A DNA stretch of 21,072 nt from a virus (lineage: Duplodnaviria > Heunggongvirae > Uroviricota > Caudoviricetes), in the IMG/VR virus record IMGVR_UViG_2648501437_000019, positions 1 through 21,072 of that record; one strand, written 5' to 3'. This document shows positions 15,357 to 21,072 of the stretch, one piece after another. The notes under the pieces were generated by a model. The model searched no databases, was not told the DNA's origin, and saw only the letters and a list, made by a program, of their open reading frames with translations. The position numbers and the translations under genes were made by a program. How positions within the stretch are numbered: position 1 is the stretch's first letter; every line of letters begins with the position of its first letter.

Positions 15357-16612
15357 TGGCAATCCCGTCCTCGCTCAGTCTTGTGCAACTGCATTCTGGA
15401 CAGATGAAAGTCTTCCAGTCTCCGCATCGATTTAAAGTTGTTTGTGCTGGTCGACGCTGGGGAAAATCCCGGTTGTCGATCTCCACTATTATTCGTGCGG
15501 CGGCAAAGGAAAAAAAGCAAAGGGTCTGGTATGTCGCTCCTACTTACCAGATGGCTCGCCAGATTTTGTGGGACGATCTACAGGAAGTTCTGCCTCGTAA
15601 GTGGGTTAGGAAAAAGAACGACACCACGATGACAATCGTGTTGAAGAACGGTTCGGAGATCGCCCTCAAAGGTGCTGATAAGCCTGACACTCTGCGCGGC
15701 GTAGCGTTGCATTTTGTAGTGCTTGATGAATTTCAGGATATGAAGGCTGACACCTGGTACAAGGTGTTACGACCTACTCTTTCATCGACACGCGGCGGTG
15801 CACTGATCATTGGTACGCCAAAAGGCTTCTCGGAATTTCACAAACTGTGGACTATAGGCCAGAACGTAGAGCTGCAAAGAAAGGGACAGTGGAAGAGCTG
15901 GCAGTTTGTAACTGCCGATTCTCCGTTTGTACCTACGGCGGAAATTGAAGCTGCTAAGAACGATATGGACCCCAAATCGTTCGCTCAGGAGTACCTGGCC
16001 AGCTTTGAGAACATGTCCGGGCGCGTTTACTACCCGTTCGATCGTAACGTGCATGTAAAACCGCTTCAGTTCAACCCTCGGTTGCCTATATGGGTAGGGC
16101 AGGACTTCAACATTGACCCGATGTCTTCAGTAATTTTGCAACCTCAGCCAAATGGTGAGCTATGGGCAATTGATGAATTGGTGCTCTTTTCCTCTAACAC
16201 GGCAGAAGTTTGTGATGAGCTTGAGAGACGCTTCTGGCGCTGGAAATCACAGGTAACGGTATTTCCAGATCCGGCAGGTGCTTATCGCCAACATGCTCGT
16301 GGGGAGTCTGACGTAGACATATTCAAAGAGAAGGGATTCTTACGTGTCGATTATTCGAAAAAGCACCCGCCAATTGCGGATCGTGTTAATGCTGTTAACC
16401 GAATGCTGATGTCCGCATCTGGAGATATCCGGCTGTATATCGATCCGAAGTGCAAGCATTTGATTGATTCACTGGAAAAAGTCATCTACAAGCCTGGAAC
16501 ACGAGATATGGATAAGACGGGTGGCATTGAGCATAGTGCAGACGCATTGGGCTATCCAGTACATCGTAGGTATCCAGTCAAAAACCGTGTTATTCTTGGT
16601 GGTTCTAGATAG
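15356..16612 (+). CDS. terL: terminase large subunit (418 aa)
   Basis: Walker A VCAGRRWGKS, Walker B HFVVLDEF, C-terminal nuclease-like region; SD AGGGGAGGA upstream. Confidence 0.9.
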   Translation: MAIPSSLSLVQLHSGQMKVFQSPHRFKVVCAGRRWGKSRLSISTIIRAAAKEKKQRVWYVAPTYQMARQILWDDLQEVLPRKWVRKKNDTTMTIVLKNGSEIALKGADKPDTLRGVALHFVVLDEFQDMKADTWYKVLRPTLSSTRGGALIIGTPKGFSEFHKLWTIGQNVELQRKGQWKSWQFVTADSPFVPTAEIEAAKNDMDPKSFAQEYLASFENMSGRVYYPFDRNVHVKPLQFNPRLPIWVGQDFNIDPMSSVILQPQPNGELWAIDELVLFSSNTAEVCDELERRFWRWKSQVTVFPDPAGAYRQHARGESDVDIFKEKGFLRVDYSKKHPPIADRVNAVNRMLMSASGDIRLYIDPKCKHLIDSLEKVIYKPGTRDMDKTGGIEHSADALGYPVHRRYPVKNRVILGGSR

Positions 16613-16638
16613 GTAAGTAATTATCTAAGGTTATTCAA

Positions 16639-18213
16639 ATGGAATTGAACGACAAACAAATTAAGGATCTGGTGGCGCGACGCCACCCGGAATACGAAAA
16701 GAAAAAAGAACATTGGGACTTCCTCGCCAGCACTTACGCTGGCGGGCGTGGTTGGTTTACAGACAATATCTTTCGTTACTTTAAAGAGGGAGATCAGGAG
16801 TTTAAGGAGCGAGTTGAACGTGCTTATCGCTTCAACCACACTCGTGAGGTGGTAAACCTCATCAACAAATATCTCTTTAAAGAAGACATTCATAGAAATA
16901 TCGAAGAGGCACCAGAGCAGATCCGCAATTTCTGGAAACGTGCGACTCGCCAGAATGCCTCTATTGACTCATTTATGGCCGCTATTGATTTGCAGTCGTC
17001 TATTTACGGTCGCATATGGGTTGTTGTCGATAGCACGATGAGTGGTGATGTTGAGTCAGTAGCTGACGAGAAAAAGAAAGATGCTCGCGCCTACGCCTAC
17101 TGGATTTCACCTCAGCAAATGCTGGATGTGGCATGGGACGACGACGGGAATATGTTGTGGGCGTTAATTGTGGAAGTCGCTCGTGATGACGCAGATCCTT
17201 TTACTTCTACAGGTCAGGAATACCAACGTTATCGTCTGTGGACACAAAACGAGTGGTATCTGTTCCGTGAGGAAGTGAAGAAGGGCGCTGGTGGAGCAGG
17301 TCGCCGTCAGGCAAAAGTTATTTTAGAGGATAGCGGTGAGCATAATCTCGGCGTAGTTCCTGTGTTTCCTGTTGATTGTATTGGAGAAAGTGAATCACCG
17401 TATTTCAGCCCATCGTTGATCGATGATATCGCTTATCTTGATCGTGCGGTTGCAAACTATCTGTCAAACCTTGATGCCATTATTCAGGATCAGACATTTA
17501 GCCAGTTGGCTATACCGGTACAGTCGCTTTTACCTGGTGATGAAAACCACACTAAAGTGCTTGAAATGGGCACAAAGCGAGTCTTCACCTACGATTCTGA
17601 AGGTGGAAACCAGCCGTTTTATCTGTCACCAGACCCGAAACAAGCTCAGATGATCATCACTACGATTAAGACGGTGATTAACGAAATCTACCATTCAGTT
17701 GGTGTAGCTGGTGAGCGAACGAAGCAGGACAACGCACAGGGAATCGATAATTCATCTGGTGCCGCAAAAATGTATGACTTCCAGCGTGTAAATAGCTTGC
17801 TTGTCACAAAAGCAGAGCGTCTGGAAAGGGCTGAACGCCAAATCATGCTACTGGTTGCGAAATGGATGGGGGTAGATCTGGACGAAGACCACTCTTTAAT
17901 TGCGTATCCAGAAAGTTTCGATATTCGTGGCCTTACTGATGAATTTTCTGTTGCCGAGAAACTGTCATTACTTCAGGCACCGGACTCTGTACGTCGTCAC
18001 CAGATGGAAATGCTTATTGAGAAGATTTTCCCGAACATTACTGAGGCGATGAAAAAGGAATTTGATAAAGATCTCTTGAATTTTCCTCCAAAAAATGATC
18101 TAAACACCCTTGAAAATAAGTCGGTACTTACTTATGATCGTGGTGCAGCCCAAGAAAGCGGGCAAGATCAACCCCGAGGGAATGGGGACTCATCTACTCA
18201 AGAGAACGAGTGA
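16639..18213 (+). CDS. portal protein (524 aa)
   Basis: Large gene immediately after terL with an acidic C-terminus; called on position and size, no catalytic motif. Confidence 0.65.
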   Translation: MELNDKQIKDLVARRHPEYEKKKEHWDFLASTYAGGRGWFTDNIFRYFKEGDQEFKERVERAYRFNHTREVVNLINKYLFKEDIHRNIEEAPEQIRNFWKRATRQNASIDSFMAAIDLQSSIYGRIWVVVDSTMSGDVESVADEKKKDARAYAYWISPQQMLDVAWDDDGNMLWALIVEVARDDADPFTSTGQEYQRYRLWTQNEWYLFREEVKKGAGGAGRRQAKVILEDSGEHNLGVVPVFPVDCIGESESPYFSPSLIDDIAYLDRAVANYLSNLDAIIQDQTFSQLAIPVQSLLPGDENHTKVLEMGTKRVFTYDSEGGNQPFYLSPDPKQAQMIITTIKTVINEIYHSVGVAGERTKQDNAQGIDNSSGAAKMYDFQRVNSLLVTKAERLERAERQIMLLVAKWMGVDLDEDHSLIAYPESFDIRGLTDEFSVAEKLSLLQAPDSVRRHQMEMLIEKIFPNITEAMKKEFDKDLLNFPPKNDLNTLENKSVLTYDRGAAQESGQDQPRGNGDSSTQENE

Positions 18214-18234
18214 TAAGTAACAAAAGGAATTTTT

Positions 18235-19122
18235 ATGAATCTGTGGCAAATGCTTTTGGCCCGTCGTGGTCTGATGGATGTCGCTGAAGCGCATGAGCGT
18301 GGAGGCGCTGGCGGTGTAGCTGCTGATAATGAGCAGAGTACACAAGATCCTGACAAACAGGGTGAACAAAAAGAGCAGCCGAAGGGCGATGACGAATACG
18401 CTGGCATGACTCAGGAAGAGTTACTGGCCGAACTTCGTAAAACCAAGAAAGCTGGTGCTGAACTGCTGAAGGAGAACATGAAGCGCAAAGAGAAAGAGCG
18501 CACATTGGCCGATCAGCTTGCTCAGTACGGTGATATCGATCCGGCTCGTGCTCGCCAGCTTTTAGAAGCTGAACAGGCCGCAGAAAACGCACGTCGTGAG
18601 GCGGAGCAAGCTGAACTGGAGCGTCGTGGTGAGTTCGATGCTGTTAAAAAACAGATGATCGAAGCACACCAGGCAGAGCTGGCACAGCGTGACGAACGTT
18701 ATGCAGCACTGGAAAGTGAAAACGCATCACTGAAATCTCAATTAGTCGAGATGACCGTGGGCGCTTCCTTCAGTAACTCTCTCTTCCTACGTGACAAAGT
18801 TCTGATGACCCCGGCAAAAGCCCGCGTGATCTACGGTTCTCATTTTGAAGTGGGTGAAGACGGTAGCGTAGTGGGTTATGACAAACCGGCAGGTCACAAA
18901 GAACGAGCTGTTCTGGTTGACGGTGAAGGTAAGCCGTTGCCGTTTGAATCCGCGATTGAACGCATTGTGCGGGCAGATCCGGAAGCTGACGCATTGATGC
19001 GTAGCGAAGCCAAGCAGGGTGTAGGCTCACATTCCAAATCGACCTACACAATATCCCAACCGAAGAACAAGTCGACTATGGATAAGTTGGCCTCCGGTCT
19101 GGGGAAAATTGGACTTAAGTAA
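18235..19122 (+). CDS. putative head scaffolding protein (295 aa)
   Basis: Highly charged, A/E/Q/R-rich helical middle region (AEQAAENARREAEQAELERR...) between portal and capsid genes; SD AAAGGA. Confidence 0.5.
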   Translation: MNLWQMLLARRGLMDVAEAHERGGAGGVAADNEQSTQDPDKQGEQKEQPKGDDEYAGMTQEELLAELRKTKKAGAELLKENMKRKEKERTLADQLAQYGDIDPARARQLLEAEQAAENARREAEQAELERRGEFDAVKKQMIEAHQAELAQRDERYAALESENASLKSQLVEMTVGASFSNSLFLRDKVLMTPAKARVIYGSHFEVGEDGSVVGYDKPAGHKERAVLVDGEGKPLPFESAIERIVRADPEADALMRSEAKQGVGSHSKSTYTISQPKNKSTMDKLASGLGKIGLK

Positions 19123-19147
19123 CATCTAAATCAAAGGGAATTGATAG

Positions 19148-20023
19148 ATGCCATTACTGCGTGAAGAAGCTGAAAAGCTGTCTAACAACGAACTTGAACA
19201 GGGTGTGATCGAAACTATCATCGATCGCGATGACCTGTTTGCCATCCTGCCTTTTATGAAAATTAATTCAAAGGCATATCTGTACAACCGTGAAAAAACG
19301 CTGAGTGAAGCTACCTTCATCGACGTTAACGACACCATCCCTGAAGGTGCAGCAACCTTCGAAGAATGCGTTGCGAAACTGCGTATTCTGGCTGGTGACG
19401 TAGACGTTGATAAATTCCTGGCGACCACTATGGCCGACACCAACAACCAGTTGGCTATTCAGGTTCGTCAGAAAGTTAAAGGTCTGGCTCGTGCGTTCCG
19501 TCGCAACCTGATTTTGGGTGACTCCAGCTCCAACAACAAGGCGTTTGACGGCATTCCACGCCTGATGCACGCAGATCAGAAGATCGATATCGCCGGTGCA
19601 TCTATGACTTTCTCTATGTTCGACGAACTGGTCGATGCGGTGAAAGATCTTGGTGCTGACTGCATCATGATGCGTTCAGAGCACCTGCGTGCTTACCGTG
19701 CGCTGCTGCGTACAGTAAATGTAGGTCCGTCTGAAATCATGATGGAGAACTTCGGTCGTCCGATGCTGTGTCATAACGGCGTTCCGTTCATCATCAACGA
19801 CTTCATCCCGACCGATTCTGGCAAAGCAAGCATCTACTGCCTGCATCTGTCAGAAGAGAACGGCGTTACTGGTCTGTATGGCGGCGACAACGCAGGTATC
19901 GTTGTTGAAAACATTGGTACTGTACAGAACAAAGACGCAGTACGTACCCGTGTGAAGTGGTACTGCTCTCTGGCGAATAAGCACGATAAGGCTATCGCTG
20001 CACTGACCAATGTAAAAATTTAA
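19148..20023 (+). CDS. putative major capsid protein (291 aa)
   Basis: Follows the scaffold gene and is followed by the strongest terminator in the window; SD AAGGGA. Called on position only. Confidence 0.6.
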   Translation: MPLLREEAEKLSNNELEQGVIETIIDRDDLFAILPFMKINSKAYLYNREKTLSEATFIDVNDTIPEGAATFEECVAKLRILAGDVDVDKFLATTMADTNNQLAIQVRQKVKGLARAFRRNLILGDSSSNNKAFDGIPRLMHADQKIDIAGASMTFSMFDELVDAVKDLGADCIMMRSEHLRAYRALLRTVNVGPSEIMMENFGRPMLCHNGVPFIINDFIPTDSGKASIYCLHLSEENGVTGLYGGDNAGIVVENIGTVQNKDAVRTRVKWYCSLANKHDKAIAALTNVKI

Positions 20024-20056
20024 TCAGTGAAGTAGATAAGTAATTATCTATGTTAA

Positions 20057-20084
20057 AGGGTGGGCTATACGCCCACCCTTTTTG
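20057..20084 (+). terminator. strong intrinsic terminator after the capsid gene
   Basis: AGGGTGGGC (20057-20065), loop TATAC, GCCCACCCT (20071-20079), then TTTTT. Confidence 0.8.
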
Positions 20085-20096
20085 TAGGAGCGAGAA

Positions 20097-20585
20097 ATGC
20101 CAGAACAAAAGATGAAGATTACGGAAGAGGCATTTTCGGATTTTACGGGGCATATGTGCCGTGCCGGATTTACCAATTCTATCTCCGATGAACCTTTAAC
20201 CGAGCGGCAACAAAGTCAGCTATCTGCTTGTTTGCAGGCGGTTCCCCTCTCCCAATCCGTAAACATAACCCCGGCTTCACCGTCAGTTTTGGTTGGGAAA
20301 ACTGTTCAACTTAGTGCAGGTATTAGTATGGGTAAGAGTGCCAGTTCATTCACCTGGAAGTCAGCAAATGACCAAATTGCAACCGTTAATGGCACTGGAT
20401 TAGTAACTGGCGTAGCACCAGGCAAAGTAAAAATTACTGCAACTGATCAGGAAACCCAGCTTTCCGCGTCAGTGGAAGTCACCGTAAATCCGGTAGCCGT
20501 TCAATCCGTAACGGTAACGCCAGACTCAACCTCTGTTGAGAAAGGGAAATCAGTCAGTCTGAAAGCGAATGTTCAGCCGTCAAAT

Positions 20586-20588
<3 letters not shown>
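20097..20588 (+). pseudogene. Ig-like (Big_2) domain structural protein, 3'-truncated by IS insertion
   Basis: Big_2-like repeats (TVQLSAG..., FTWKSANDQIATVNGTGLVTGVAPGKVKITATDQ; a second repeat begins AVQSVTVTPDS). The reading frame ends at TGA 20586-20588, which is the first 3 nt of the IS terminus. Confidence 0.7.

Positions 20589-21072
<484 letters not shown>

Noticed and set aside
15079-16054. ORFs 15079-15309(+), 15242-15520(-), 15265-15486(-), 15438-15632(+) and 15782-16054(-)
   Set aside because: Embedded in or antisense to terS and terL, which have strong motif support.
16621-19570. ORFs 16621-16893(-), 17423-17653(+), 18198-18407(-), 18233-18592(-), 18770-19051(-), 19126-19446(-) and 19268-19570(-)
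   Set aside because: Overlap the portal, scaffold and capsid genes in alternative frames or antisense; no independent support.

Overview
The window reads as a prophage or phage-derived segment of about 20.5 kb, bounded at both ends by inverted partial copies of an IS3-family element (IS911-like by my recollection of its terminal sequence; not searchable here). Every call rests on motifs read by eye from the supplied translations and on manual coordinate counting; no homology search was run. Layout: (i) 93-770, a hypothetical gene abutting the left IS; (ii) 780-2330, a gene-free 1.5 kb region with a G-depleted A+C-rich tract, a terminator and a ~22-bp-periodic iteron-like array; (iii) 2333-4974, five or six small plus-strand genes, four followed by a hairpin terminator; (iv) 4975-5580, a second gene-free hub with a second iteron array, operator-like half-sites and tandem terminators; (v) 5582-11272, a minus-strand block running from an SF2 helicase through an AT-rich four-gene accessory cluster that includes a signal-peptide protein; (vi) 11355-20588, a plus-strand late block: a translationally coupled ParB/Srx, ParB/Srx, ABC-type ATPase, GNAT-fold operon, a small winged-helix protein, terminase small and large subunits, portal, putative scaffold, putative major capsid, a strong terminator, and an Ig-like (Big_2) gene truncated by the right IS. 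No tRNA, rRNA, CRISPR array, integrase, lysis or tail genes were seen. The best candidates for an undescribed system are the ParB-ParB-ABC-GNAT operon upstream of the terminase and the AT-rich accessory operon at 7030-9366.
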